Assembly (NCBI RefSeq): GCF_001194135.2
Contig: NC_068986.1
Coordinates: 66,612,452 to 66,676,451 of the forward strand
DNA length: 64,000 bases
Source: Octopus bimaculoides
Taxonomy: Eukaryota
Reading direction: 5' to 3'
A program made the translations under genes and the position numbers. The notes beneath the pieces were generated by a model. That model was not told where the DNA came from and ran no database searches. It saw only the letters and a list, made by a program, of their open reading frames with translations. Of this stretch, positions 1 to 12,480 are shown piece after piece (the stretch's first letter is position 1; every line of letters starts with the position of its first letter).

Positions 1-168
1 ATATATATATTTACATGAACTCGTAATTTAGCAATCTTAGAGAGGTTAAAAAGAAATTTGGCTGTTACTGGATTTGAGTTAACAGTGCAATGAACAGTAA
101 TTTATTAGTGCAATGCATTCTGTCATTCTGTCAAATGGTGGGAAACTCTCAAAAGAGCTGAACAGCAG

Positions 169-915
169 AAGGTTTTCAGAGAAGAAACCCGCCTCAGAAA
201 GTGTTTCGGACCTTAACTTCTTATACTCTAAGGGAGACGGGCTGCATCCAGGTCATGACTCCTGCGTGTCCTGAAGATACTTTCTAGCCGCTTGGATATC
301 GGAGATCTGTGCATTTAAACTACCTGGAGGTTTCATATATTTGTAACTGCTTTCTGTTGACTTAGCTTTCAAACTTCTACTGAAAGAAGAAATAATGTTT
401 ATCGTCATGGTTGCAGTGAAATGCCAACGCTATCACAATGACTCACTCAGAGTTACTTCCCTTAGCATGAAAGCGCGAAAATATTACCTTCAAACGGCAT
501 GAGGGTCGTTTTGTTCCTCCTGGATCAGACCCAACTGGAGCACCTGTCCGCTGTTTCTGATATTGCCTTTAAGGAGTTGATCCTGCTTTCGCCAGTGATT
601 GAGAGTTGTTTCATTAGATCGTAAGTAGATTTGCCCACAAAACCTCTGATTCCAACGTGCTGAGTTCAATCAAAATCAGTTGCTTTGATAAGCTGGAATG
701 AAATTCGATATCCGGTCTCTCGACACTATTCCTGGTGCTTTCTGGTTGATTTTTTTGATCCTGCTGAGCACTCTCAGTCATCTGCACCACCTAGAAAGCT
801 CCATTCCTGTGCCTCCTATGCTGTTCCTGGCTATGATTTGCTGCCCCCTGCTGTATAGAATGTTGTTGGAGACTCTGGTCTTTCCCTGGCCATAATACTT
901 TAATTGTGGCATGTC
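169..915 (-). mobile_element. HERO-like (RLE-type) non-LTR retrotransposon, 3' fragment with 3' UTR, decayed
   Basis: Minus-strand frames give RPDIEFHSSLSKQLILIELS (PD-(D/E)xK endonuclease pattern RPDI...IEL) and VGIRGFVGKSTYDLMKQLSITGESRINSLKAISETADRCSSW, matching the HERO C-terminus (EVGCRGF..S.....L.I.G..R......SE.AE..S.W). Frameshifts and an internal deletion are present. Confidence 0.7.
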
Positions 916-1560
916 AATCATAAACATTCTCTGAGTTCAATTCCCACCAGATCGATTTAAACGTTTATCGTTTTATGGTTGTCAAGTACGAAGTGAGTGA
1001 GAAATCAATATAATGTGAAAGTTTCTAAACGGAATTTTGTTCTAGTTTTTTCTTCCAAATAAAAATAAATCGTTCTTTTTTAATAATAATATATCATTTA
1101 AAACGGAGGTGCGTTTCTCTTTTGAAATGTTCCTATAATAACGTAATAATGTTCACATTTTCAGAACAAAAACCATCCTTGTTTACTGTAAATCCACATA
1201 TTCAAATACTTCTGCAAAGACCAGCATTAGAAATTCTATAAGCTCTGTCTTGTCCATTAAATTGAAGACATCATTTAGATAAATTTACCCAACGGCAGTA
1301 TGATAGATAGACAACACAATCTACAATCACTAAACACTTTTAGACATTTCACACGAAAGCCATCACAATCTAAACAGAATCGTGTCATATCCGCGTAAGG
1401 TATTTTTCTAAGCATATACGCACTGAACCGCACAAATACACTCACATTTGTATATTTACGTATGTGTATGTAAGTACGAGAGTAAAAATCAAACAAACAA
1501 ATAATGGCTTGATGTTTATAAAAGAAACATCTGTGATTTATATATATACTTATATATATA

Positions 1561-1692
1561 CAGTTTCTTCTACTAAACTCATTCACAAAGCATTGGTCGG
1601 CCTGGCTCTATAATTCGCGGCCTAAGATGCATTGCAGTGCGAGTGAATCCAAAATCACGTGGTTGCAAAGCAATTTTCTAAACCCCATAACA
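1561..1692 (-). mobile_element. tRNA-headed SINE (family B), 5' fragment, decayed
   Basis: Similar to the better copies at 14161-14671 and 6350-6690 (cacaaggc..ggtcggcc..gctatag..gaagacac..gcagtg). Confidence 0.6.
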
Positions 1693-1925
1693 ATGTATAC
1701 TTTGTTTTGTAACTTAAAAATGAAATTGCAATATTTTAATATGACAAAAACAAAACAAAACTATGAACTTTGATACTTTGAAAAAAAAAAAAAAACGGAC
1801 CTCACATCAATGAAGAAAATCATTAGAAAGATGATGTTGGTAGTGCTTACACTGGTATGATGATGGCTGTTTCTGTAGTGATAACGAGGATGTAGATGAA
1901 AAATAAGAGTATATATTTTGATACT

Positions 1926-2262
1926 TATTCAAATTCCGACTTTGCCTTTTATCTTTTCGGGTTGATAAAATTGAGCACTGGGATCACTGTAATCGACTCA
2001 TCCCCTCCCCCGAACTTGTCGGCCTTGTCCCTATAATAGAAAAGATTATTTAAATCATAAAGACTGTGAGCTGGAAGAATTGCTGGCACGCCGGACAACA
2101 TGCTTAGCGGTATTTCCTCAGTCGAGGTCGACTTTGCCTTTCGTCCTTCCGGGGTTGATGAAAGAAGTACCAGTTGATCACTGGGGTCAATGTAATCGAC
2201 TTACCCTCTATCCTGCTATTGCTGGCCTTGTGCCTATGATAGAAATGATTATTACTTTTACT
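1926..2262 (+). mobile_element. Two tandem tRNA-headed SINEs with Nin/Deu-type central domain (family A)
   Basis: gaggtcgactttgccttt(t/c)..ccttccggggttgat..agtaccagttg..cactggggtc.atgtaatcgact motif with (ATT)n-like tails; same family as the intact copy at 41714-41943. Confidence 0.8.
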
Positions 2263-2329
2263 ATTTTACATCTTCAGTTCTTGTAAATGAGAGTTGGTTC
2301 TTTCGTTGAAGTAGTTGTTTTAAAATCTA

Positions 2330-2671
2330 TTGGGCTATCAGAAAAATTCATTTGTTTCCTTCCAATATTATATGAACATCCTCCGTATTTTCCTTCAGAT
2401 TATCACCTTTTTCAGTTACTGTTCAACAGCCTGCGAGGTGATTCGTTCAACAATGACGTGGAGCTGGAAACATGGTTAGATGAATTCTTCGAGTCAAAAC
2501 TAGGTGATTTTTACCGTCAAGGCATTGACAAGCTGGTTGAAAGTTGACAACGGGTCGTGAACAATGGAGGAGAATATAGTATTGATTGAGTTGTTAAAAT
2601 TGTTGATGAAAAGTAAGGATTAAAAAAAAATGAAAAAAAAAGAAAGAAAAAGAACGAATTTATGACAAACC
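2330..2671 (+). mobile_element. Internally deleted mariner element (transposase C-terminus only)
   Basis: ORF 2287-2547 contains HPPYFPSDYHLF (HPPYSPDLAPSDYHLF with a deletion) and WLDEFFESK..FYRQGIDKLV..RVVNNGGEY. Degenerate TIRs (ttgggctatcag / tttatgacaaacc), each flanked by TA. Confidence 0.8.
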
Positions 2672-2779
2672 TAGTTTTGTTAAATATTTATCAACCCTTG
2701 ATGTTTGAAAAACAAATTGACCATTAGGAGATTGAACTAACAACAGCAAGAGTCCTTTCTAATATCGACACATGGCTTA

Positions 2780-3180
2780 ACATTTTTTTAAAAGCGGGAT
2801 AATCAATTAGATCGACCCCATTGTTCAACTGGTACATATTTTAACGAGCACGAAAGTATGAAAGGAAAAGTCGATCTCGGCAGAATTAGAACTCAGGAAG
2901 TAAAGCCGGACGAAATGCTGCTAGGCATTTTGTCCGGCGTGCTAATAAAGCTTAGATATCATAATCCTTTCTACTATAGGCACAAGACCTGAAATGTTTT
3001 TTGGGAGGAAACTAGCCGATTACATCGATCCCAGTGTTTCACCGGTACTTGAATTATCGACCCCGAAAGGGTGAAAGCCGAAGTTGACCTCGGTGGAATT
3101 TGAACCCAGAACGTAAGGACGGACGAAATGCCGCTTGGCTTTGACCCGGCGCGCTAATGATTCTGCCTGCTCACTACCGA
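2780..3180 (-). mobile_element. Two tandem family A (Nin-domain) SINEs
   Basis: Reverse complement of the family A consensus twice (gatcgacccca..gtact..atcgaccccgaaagg.tgaaag..aagttgacctcgg..gaatttgaac.cagaacgtaa). Confidence 0.85.
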
Positions 3181-4014
3181 AAACTTAAATGTAATATAAA
3201 GCATTTTATCCTTTCATTCTGTTTAATCTGCCACGAACGTCAGTCCTAAAGAATTTCTACTATTGTACCACGGCAAATAATTATATTTATAAAGTGATGA
3301 AACACCAAAGCGAAATCTTAATTTTTAATAGAGAAGGTAAAGGGTATTTGGTTATTTAGTTGAGTAACTTAAACTTCAGTTGCTACTGAGATCAGTTTAA
3401 ACATTCATCTTTTTGTGGGTAGATAAAATAAATATCAGTCTTGTACTAGGGTTGATTTAATCGAGTATAACACTTCTCTATAGATTGTTGGCCAAGGTTC
3501 GAATTATGAAATAAATTTGATTTAATATTTTCTATTTACTGTGAGGCGTTTCCAAAAAGGTCTAAATTAGTGGCTTTATCGACTTTCGTTACTTAATCTA
3601 ATATACCTTTCACATCTCCTAACTTATAAATTTCCGGTCTTTTGTAGCAAAAAGAAATCATTTTCTTCTAATGTTTTCAAAATGAGAAACAATTCGTTAT
3701 GACGTCATATAGCTATTCATTAAGATAGACACACACATACAAGCTTACATTGGTGTGCAGATATACACACATGCATGCGCGTGTGTATAAATATGAAAAT
3801 AAAAAAGTTTTACTTCGGAAAAATGTTTGGGAGTTTTACTCGTTTGACATATTTCTTTTATGACGGAATAACTGTCACATGCTCATAATCGGACTTTATA
3901 TATTGTAATGTGGCATGCAATAAGTCAGTAGATACCAACAATGTATTTTGCCTATCAATTCTAAGACAGAGTAAAGATATGCTTCTGACCAAATCAAATA
4001 CACTTTAAGGAAAT

Positions 4015-4200
4015 TTAACCTCTCATGCTTGCGTCGAGCAAACTTTCATCGATTCCCACTTCAGTCCCCTGCCCAACAATCGATTTCTATGTAGAAAACC
4101 TGTCATTTGTAACCATGCAACAACAGGAAAGTAAGTCTGTACCCGACTTGAAGACAGGTTCAGGCACTCTATCACATTTCTGTGGTCCCATAAATAACTA
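4015..4200 (-). mobile_element. Merlin (ISXO2-like) DNA transposase fragment
   Basis: Minus strand gives IVGQGTEVGIDESLL then (frameshift) RRKHER, matching the Merlin motif IGG.G..VEIDES....RKY.RG; upstream PVVAW resembles TVVDW. Confidence 0.55.
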
Positions 4201-4299
4201 TGAAAATGATTCACAAAGAGAACAATTGCTTATGGAATAATATTATTGTTGCCCAGAAAAGAAACTTTAAAGTCTGAAACAGGATCATCACAGTGACGT

Positions 4300-4875
4300 T
4301 TTTTTCTTTCGGGATCGATGAAATAAATACCAGTTGATCACCAGGGTCAATGTAATCGACTACTCCCTAGCTCCAAAGTTCAATATAAAAGATTATTATT
4401 ATTATTAAAAGATTATTTTTATTATTAAAAGAGTGGAGGACTGGTGGAATTGGTAGAGCGTTGGCAAAATGCCTGGCAGGCTTTATCCTGGCTCTTTAGG
4501 TCTGTGTTCAATTCTCACCGAGGTCAACTTAACTTTTCCTCATTCAGCAGTCGACAAAGTAAAGCATCTGTCGAGTACTAGGTTTAATATAATCGACTGG
4601 CCCCTCCCCTCCCCTTCCACATTCCTGGAGTCGTGCCTATGTTAGAAACAATTACTATGATTAAAAAAAGGTAATGCATTCGCAGAATCGTTTGGTTAGT
4701 GCGAAAGGCAAAATGTAGTTTGTGATTTGATTACAAGTCTCACCGAGGTCAACTTTGCCTTTTATCCTTTCTGAATCGATAAAATAAAGTGCTAGTCATA
4801 TACTGGAGTCGATACTATCGACGAACTTCCTTCTCTCAATATTTCTGCCCTTATACCTAAATCAGAAACATTATT
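4300..4875 (+). mobile_element. Three tandem family A SINEs, partly decayed
   Basis: Three successive Nin-type cores (gaggtcaactt..., gtcgataaaataa..., aatcgact) separated by attatt tails. Confidence 0.75.
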
Positions 4876-4992
4876 ATTGTTATCAAAAATACTAATCCTC
4901 CTGACCAAATTGGCTCTGAATGGCCTTTGTTGAACGTAATGTGGATACACCATTATAGCGCACACACAGACACACGCGCATTAACATACACC

Positions 4993-5113
<121 letters not shown>

Positions 5114-5578
5114 ATCCTAGTTAAGTTCTGTCTGTCCGTTGCTCATAGTCCTCCATATTTGGACAATGAGATCAATGGAATAATTTACTGTCGCATTTGA
5201 AAGAATGTTATTAGAGATTATAAGCAACGTTATAGAAATTGGAAACAGAAAGAGACGTCATTTAGTGTTGCATTGCTTTTTTATTTCGACATTCTGCTTA
5301 TTATGTCATGATTCTAATGATGTAATAATGGTACGTCAGACATAAATGGCTCCTTCTATTACACAACAACAAAAAAAAAAACTGTATCTTGGAACGTAAT
5401 CAAAATGTTAAAGAGCTGGAATAAATGATATCATTACAAGACGTTCGACTATTTATTTTCATCGCTCAGCATTATGTGTTCAATTAACATAGAGATCGAT
5501 TTAAACTTATATGCTTCTGTGAGTAAATAAAATAAATACTGAGGTCGAAGTGAGAAATGAATATACATTTGTTTAAAC

Positions 5579-5920
5579 CAGTGATTCTCAATCATTTTTT
5601 AAATCTAAGGACCCCTTTGTTTACTATTTTATTCAGGTGGACCTCACCACCATAGTCATTTGATGTTTAAAAACTAATTTTATAGATACTTCTTTCAAAA
5701 TTCCTATTTTGTCATTCACACATTCACTTGTATAGGTTGAGCTATGTAAAATGTCAGAGAAAGGAAACTGTTTCTTGCAATACATGCATTTAAATCAAAA
5801 TGTTTCACGGAGCCTTAAAATACTACTGTAAATCCCCAGTTTACTATTTTGCTAGCGTGGGTCTCCAAAACTCTTATATGGACCTCCAAGAGTTATATGA
5901 AGCCTGATTCAAACTAATGG
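5579..5920. mobile_element. Probable hAT-type MITE
   Basis: Starts cagtgattctcaa (hAT/Charlie-like terminus) and has repeated ggacc motifs; the right terminus is only weakly complementary. Confidence 0.4.
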
Positions 5921-6349
5921 TAGTGGCTGTTGTATTTCATTTATACAAAAAATGTATAAATGTTACTAAATCTAATGTAACCGTCACATTAAACTTACCT
6001 TATTTCTTCTAATTTTCAGGTTAACAAAATCGTTCTCCACCTGTATTATGGAAATCTTGTTCCATTTTTATCAGACTCAAAAGTTATCCGTTATTTATTA
6101 ATCAATTTAAACGTCCGTGTGAAGCTGGTAAGCTATGCCACTTTGAGAAAGTTATATAATCCCCATAATTTATAAGAAAAATATAATAAAAACCTAAAGA
6201 GAAAAAAACTAAGGGGTAAGGTACAGATAATGAACAGTGAAATGTTTCTGTTATTAATGCTGTAGGAAATCTTATCTGTAGCTGGTGGATAATCGAAAAT
6301 AAATCCTGCCTGTTACTTTGATAGCTTTTTAAAGACGTTTATTAGACTG

Positions 6350-6775
6350 ATAATTTGTTCGTGATAAAATATCGCTTAAAGAAATATAATTTTTTGAAAT
6401 CTACTATTTATTCTATTAGTCTCTTTTGCCGAACCTCTAGAGAGTGGGAATATAAACAAACCAGCACCGGTTGTCAAGCGGTGGTGAATAACACACACAC
6501 ACGCACATACACACACATACATACACACACACACGATAGGCTTCTTTCAGTTTAAGCTTACCACATTCACTCACAAGTCTCGAGGCTATAACAAAAGACA
6601 CTTGCTTAAGGTGCCACGCATTGTGATCGAACTCGGAACCATGTGGTTGGGAAGCAAACTTCTTACCACACAGCCACACTCGCGCATATATAACTACGTC
6701 CGAGCCTATATAGCTACACCTGCGCCTATATAGCAATGTCCGCGCCTATATAGCAACGTCTGCACCTATACTGCG
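6350..6775 (-). mobile_element. Family B SINE with internal (CA)n and a tandemly repeated 5' end
   Basis: caccggttgtcaagcggtg..(CA)n..ggcttctttcagttt..gacacttg..ggtgccacgc..gaac.catgtggttgggaagcaa.cttcttaccacacagccac; about 20-nt repeats of the head at 6683-6775. Confidence 0.85.
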
Positions 6776-7469
6776 ACGCCAGTACTAGTATTCCTCATTA
6801 CCCAGCATTTATACAAAAATTGAGCTTTGGTAACTCCCATATTATACACTGGCAAGTGTTTATATGTTAGACAATAGTATTTCTTTGATATGACTTTAAA
6901 AACTTACCATGTTGAAGTTGCTTTTTCATTGAAAACATGAGACGAAGTATCCATTTCAGACCGAATTATAAACAAATATTGAGAATGGCCATATGATTTT
7001 TTTTTTGTAAACAGTGTTATGAAGTCATGTAATTAGCGTTCTTTTTAAGACTGATATTTAAAAAATTTAAATAAGGGAAAATAATTTACTTAAACCAAAA
7101 GACATTGCTATTGTTTTTGAAATGTTTCTATTATGACATAAAAATGGTATTGTTTATTTAAATTTTACATCTGCAAATACTTCAGCGAACAACAATTTTG
7201 GGAATTATAGACTGTTTTGTCTGTTAATTCCAAGATAACAATGACTACAATCGGGCAGTTTAGCAACGAAGTTAGTCTACAATTACCAAACACGCTTTAG
7301 ATATACTACCAAACACGAAACATCGATATTTCAAATAAATTGTTTGATATCAAGGTATGGTATTTTTCTTATCACAAATATAGTTGTCTGAACATATAAG
7401 AAACATTCACAAACACGTACATACAAGGACATCTGTTCGAATATACTTCCGGAAGCGAACGGAGAGATG

Positions 7470-7532
<63 letters not shown>

Positions 7533-8254
7533 GCATATGTTTAGCAATAATCTAAAACTAAGAAGATAATGAGTGAAAAGAGATAAAACGATAGAATTTT
7601 ACTCAGATATTTACAGACTTTTGTGATAAACGTATGAAAGATACCATCTTCAACAGAGTCACATTTATATTTACATCTCCGAAAAAGGCTCGTAGACAAA
7701 TTTATTTGCATGTCGATCGCTTTGAGTCATAACATTATTGCATTGTGTGCGAGTCATACCATATAAACATAGACATATCCAAAGCTTTTCTCAGAATGTG
7801 ATATTTAAAAAACAAAATTAAAAACAACTTATTGAAATAGTTCTACAGTAATATTATTCGTAGTGATGTGTTTCATTAAATATAATTTCTCTGACAATTG
7901 TTGTTGTTATTGACAAATAAACACTAACAATAGTAGAAGGAATTAAATGTTTATCGGTCCTTACAAATGCCTTTTTTGTTCTCAGTCCAAATTCTACAGG
8001 TGACTAATTTGATAGTCGTTCAATCGTTGCCGTTAAAATGAGCAGCTGTCATGTACAAGAACAGATTCAGGTGACATGGTAAGGAAGAAAGGCAGAGGTG
8101 ACACTAGCGGGGTTTGAATTCAAAATACCAAGGGATAAAAGTAATCACCACAAGGTATTTTGTTAGTGCTCTATTGATTCTGTCACGTTTCTCTCACATA
8201 TACGCACATCGCAAATACTCAGACAGATACATACGCATACACACAAGTCTCCGT

Positions 8255-8470
8255 ATGTACATTGAGGACGTTACTGAGGATCAAAAACAATGGCCTGGTG
8301 TTTGTAAGAGCGACAGCTGTGCCATTATGGATAAGTAATGTGTGTGGAGAATATTGAGTGAGAAAAAGCGAGAAGAGAGAATATGAAAAGCGAACTGTCA
8401 TGAGGATTGAATTGTGTCTGTATGAAGACAAGGTCATATCTGAGAACTTTCAGTATTTAGTCATAAAGTA
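8255..8470. repeat. Unclassified dispersed repeat; second copy at about 10950-11170
   Basis: tggcctggtgtttgtaagagcgacagctgtgccattatggataag at 8291 aligns with tgacctgatagtcacaagagaaacagctgtgatattatgaacag at 10963. Confidence 0.45.
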
Positions 8471-9079
8471 ATTGACTATGAAAATAATTGGTGATATACT
8501 GTATTGATAGATGACTTTTCGAATGATGTGTGCATTTAGTTGGAGAAAGAAAACATCTAATTAACGATAACTGTTCACGATTCCCCAAAAAAGGAAGAAG
8601 ATGATTTCCAGGAGGCAAGAATTATTATAAGAAAAGTTAATTAATTAATTTGCGTTGGGAAAACATGATCATAATATCTTCATAAACTTTTTTAATGTAA
8701 AATCCTTTGTCGGTTGATTAAAGCAGGCTTGAGTAGACTAAAGTGTGCTTATGGATTCCAAATAAGGCTAGAATATAACCATATCTATTGATTTGCATGT
8801 ATACAAAGATCAAATTTTTCATAAACATAAATTAACGATCAATTCCTTGAAATTCTCTCTCGCTCTTTTTTTTTTGAGGGTCGTTATTAAACAAACACTT
8901 ACAAGAACATAAGAAAAAAGAAGAAGGCGAGTCAGACAAATTTGAACCCCCAACCCGCACACACCCGCCCACCTCACCCACACCGTCTCAGTCCCACCCT
9001 CTCTCCACAGACACCAAACCTGTCCCTTCTCCTCCGACAAAAAAAAAAGAAGAAATCACTAACACACAAGAACTCCCAA

Positions 9080-9345
9080 ATGCCTTGTGAGTGAATTTCA
9101 TAGACGGAAGCTGTGTGGATGCTCGTCGTGTATATATGTGTGTGTATGTATATGTGTGTGTTTGTGTGTTTGCCCCCTATCCACCACTTCATAACCGTAA
9201 TTTTGTAATTTTGTGGCTCGGCAAAAGGCATCGATAGAATAAGTACCAAGCTTAAGCAAAAAATCAAGTATAAGAGGTCGATTTGTTGGGCTAAACTTTT
9301 CAAGCATGGCTGCAGTCCAATGACTGAAACAAGTAAAAGATAAAA
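9080..9345 (+). mobile_element. Family B SINE, 5'-truncated
   Basis: gccttgtgagtgaattt..tagacggaa..cgtcgt(TA/TG)n..ggcaaaag..cgatagaataagtacca..gcagtccaatgactgaaacaagtaaaaga. Confidence 0.85.
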
Positions 9346-9404
9346 AGGTAATAGATGTAGTTATGCATGCTGATTACAAAAACCGCATTTAATGTTTATA
9401 AAAA

Positions 9405-9625
9405 TTAATATTCTTTTCTACTCTATGTACAAGGACCGAAATTTTGGGGGAGGGGCCAGTCGATTAGATCGACCCAGTATGAAACTGGTATTTAATTTAT
9501 CGACTCCGAAGGGATGAAATGCAAAATCGACCTTGGCAGAATTTGAACTCAGAACGTAGAAACAGGAGAAATACCGATAAGCATTTCGCCCCCGCATTCT
9601 AACGTGTCTGCCAGCTCGCCGCTTT
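9405..9625 (-). mobile_element. Family A SINE
   Basis: Near-full reverse-complement match to the family A consensus, ending ctgccagctcgccgc. Confidence 0.85.
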
Positions 9626-10364
9626 AGAGAAATTAATATTAAATAAGGTATTTATCTATAAAGACAGAAATGTTTGGAAATTTTAGTCAAATAGAAGCCT
9701 ATTGATACACTGTTTAGTTTTCAAGACTCGAAATACAACTTCTTTTAGATGCAGCGTACGAAACACAACATTTTTGTTATTTTTAGATGAATAAAAAGGT
9801 TTTAATGAAAGAAAAATGAAAATATTAAAGAAAAGCTTAAAAGATGAAAAAAAAAATGAATAAAAGGAAAATGTTGTAAAACCTTAAAAGATGATACTTT
9901 ACAAAACAAAATATGAAACGAAATGAAAGAAAAGAAAATGTCAATAATGAAATTGTGTAATGTACTGAATCATATTTTCCACAGATCGCAATTTTCGCGT
10001 CTGTATCGCAACATCAGATAGTTGAAAGTTTATAGGTAACCATGAAATATAAATTTCAGATTGAAATTGTAATTTGGGTAGCATATTGGATTCTTTAGAT
10101 GGCATAAAATTCCACGTCGCTAGTATAGAATGTGAGGTCTTAAGGTAATATTTTTTTTAGGTCTGTTATCTGTTTTCATTTCACTTTACGTCCAGTAAAC
10201 AATCTTGACTACGGAACGAAACTGCTACGTTGTTAAAGTTTTAACACATCTTAGTTCGCTGTATTTTCATATAGCAGAAAAGATCATATAGCTAAGCTGA
10301 ACTTTAACTCACTGTCCCAGTGAATGAAGTATAGTAGCCGCTTCACTTATCAGTAGTATAGGAC

Positions 10365-10560
10365 TGGCATAACTATATTGTTAAAAGCTCACTCTAAAAT
10401 CATGTGGTTCTGGGTTCGGTCCCACTGCACAGCACCTTCGACAAGTGTCCTCTAGTATAGCTTCAAGTTGACTAATGGCTTGAATAAGATTTGAGAGACA
10501 AACAGAATGGCAGCGTATCGAATGAATATGTGCGAGCGCGGGCGTATAAATCTGTGTGTT
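10365..10560 (+). mobile_element. Family B SINE, 5' half
   Basis: catgtggttctgggttcggtcccactgc (B-box-like), acaagtgtcctctagtatagc. Confidence 0.7.
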
Positions 10561-11209
10561 TGAGAGTGCATTACGTTTATGCTGCTTAAAAATCAGTTAG
10601 GTTGTTGATGTACGATAGCAGTGATTTTGAGCATTTTGAAGTATTTCATTGTGTTGTGGGTTCAAATGTTGGCAGTAGCGGCTTTGGCGTTGAATTTCTC
10701 GTTGTCGATAAGATAAATCCAGTCAAGTATAGAGATTAATCAATTACACTGAGAAGGGGGAAAAGTAAAGTTGACAGAGTAGGGTCTGAATTCAGAACTT
10801 CAAAGGAACTAACATCATAGGATATAATCTGATATCTGATTTTACCATAACGCTCACACATAACACACATGTGCACGCGCGCGCAGACACACACAACACA
10901 CACACACTCACACACACACTCACACACACACACGCGCGTGTGTGCTTGAGTGTAGATGAAAATGACCTGATAGTCACAAGAGAAACAGCTGTGATATTAT
11001 GAACAGATAATGTGTATGTATGATAACTATTGGGAGAGAAGGAGAAAAGTTGACATGAGAATTCTCGTGGGAAATCAATGGTGTTTTTATAGGTGTGGTA
11101 AGGTGAGCTGTGAGAAGATTGAGTGTTTACAGGTCAAATAACAGAGTATGATAGGTGATATGTTGAAGACTAACTATAAACTATGTTACCATGAAAAACT
11201 GCACATTAA

Positions 11210-11395
11210 AATAATGACGAGCTGCAATAATTACGTTCTGAGTTCAAATTCTGCCGAAGTCGACTTTGCGTTTTATCTTTCCGGGGTCTTTAGAATAGGT
11301 AAGTACCAGTTGAGCATTGGAGTCGATATAATCGACTTACCCCTACTCCGAAATTGCTGATCTTTTGCGAAAATTTGAAACCATTATTATTATTT
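11210..11395 (+). mobile_element. Family A SINE, 3' part
   Basis: gttctgagttcaaattctgccgaagtcgactttgc...aatcgacttaccc...aaaatttgaaaccattattatt. Confidence 0.85.
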
Positions 11396-11568
11396 TAATT
11401 GTATATAGATCTTCAAGTGGTTGGAAGAAAACGAAGTAAAAAAAAAAGTAAACCCCAGAAAAATACCTATGATTTCACCCATGTTTACTTTCATTAATTT
11501 CTTAAAAAAAAAAAAACTGAAAAAATTTTTTTATTTATTCTTTTTAAAATTCTTTTTTTAAAATTTAA

Positions 11569-11926
11569 GGTTCCGTAATGTTTTCAGATTCAAAAACTCG
11601 TCTTTCATTCAAATTGTTTTAATTTCCAAAAATTTGATTGCGGTTCCGTGGATAAATAGCGACACACTGGAGTTACCAAGGCAACAAACAGTTTCGATTT
11701 CCACTTTTAAGAACTTTGGTCTTATTTCATTGGCTAAAATTACGCAATGCTTCTAACTTTATTTATTATTATTTTTTCGAAAAAAAAAAACAAAAAAAAA
11801 CAGAAAAAGAATGAATGTGATTTTTATCATCAGCATGCAAAACTACATCAGTGTGGAAAATTTGGAACCCAATCCATTGAAAACTAGAAAATCTTCAAGA
11901 GGATAGAAGAAAACGAAAAAGAACCC
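11569..11926. mobile_element. Possible Kolobok-like non-autonomous DNA element
   Basis: Bounded by ttaa|ggttc and gaaccc|ttaa (TTAA flanks, very short TIR); no coding support. Confidence 0.3.
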
Positions 11927-11934
11927 TTAAACTT

Positions 11935-12480
11935 CTCCACTTGTCTCAAGATGGTTGGATGCTAACCATTGTCCCAGTTGGTTACGCTTGGCAATCCAGC
12001 TGGAAAGTCTAATGACAGTTACTTCTGACAGGACCCTATGGAGAAGATGCCTGAGGACTCTAATCCAACGACTTTCCTAGGAATAGTGAACGGATGGATG
12101 GATGGAAACTGCCTAGTCTGCCTCAATTCTAATGAGTCAGTAATTGTATATCAGTCAATACCTTCACACCCAATGCGGGTATTTTGAAAATACCCCATGG
12201 CGTGACGACCGTGCCCAGGACAGTTACGGGAGTCTCTTTGGCAACATAGCACCAGTTCAGCCATCCTGTCAGGGATACGGCGAAGTCATGGGACTGTAGC
12301 ATGGCAGATTATGAAGAGAGCGGAGGAGCTCAAATGAGTCAACGGTGCTTCTTACATTGATGCTGAGCGGGGGAATCCTAGAAGATCAACGGTCAAGATC
12401 ACCAAGCTCTATCAAGAGAGTAACTGCAATGTATGCATCGGGGCAGCGTGCATGGTCGTGTAATCAGCTAAGGACAGATG
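11935..12480 (+). mobile_element. GC-enriched segment resembling an RTE-type LINE 5' leader
   Basis: Much more GC-rich than its flanks, no long ORF; the resemblance to RTE leaders is from recall only. Confidence 0.3.

Noticed and set aside
10960-11000. ctgatag...gaaacagctgtg as a hammerhead
   Set aside because: The core is wrong and the homologous repeat at 8291 lacks both boxes.
11790-11833. CTGATGA...CGAAA on the minus strand
   Set aside because: The intervening sequence is poly-T with no stem II, and there is no stem I or III.
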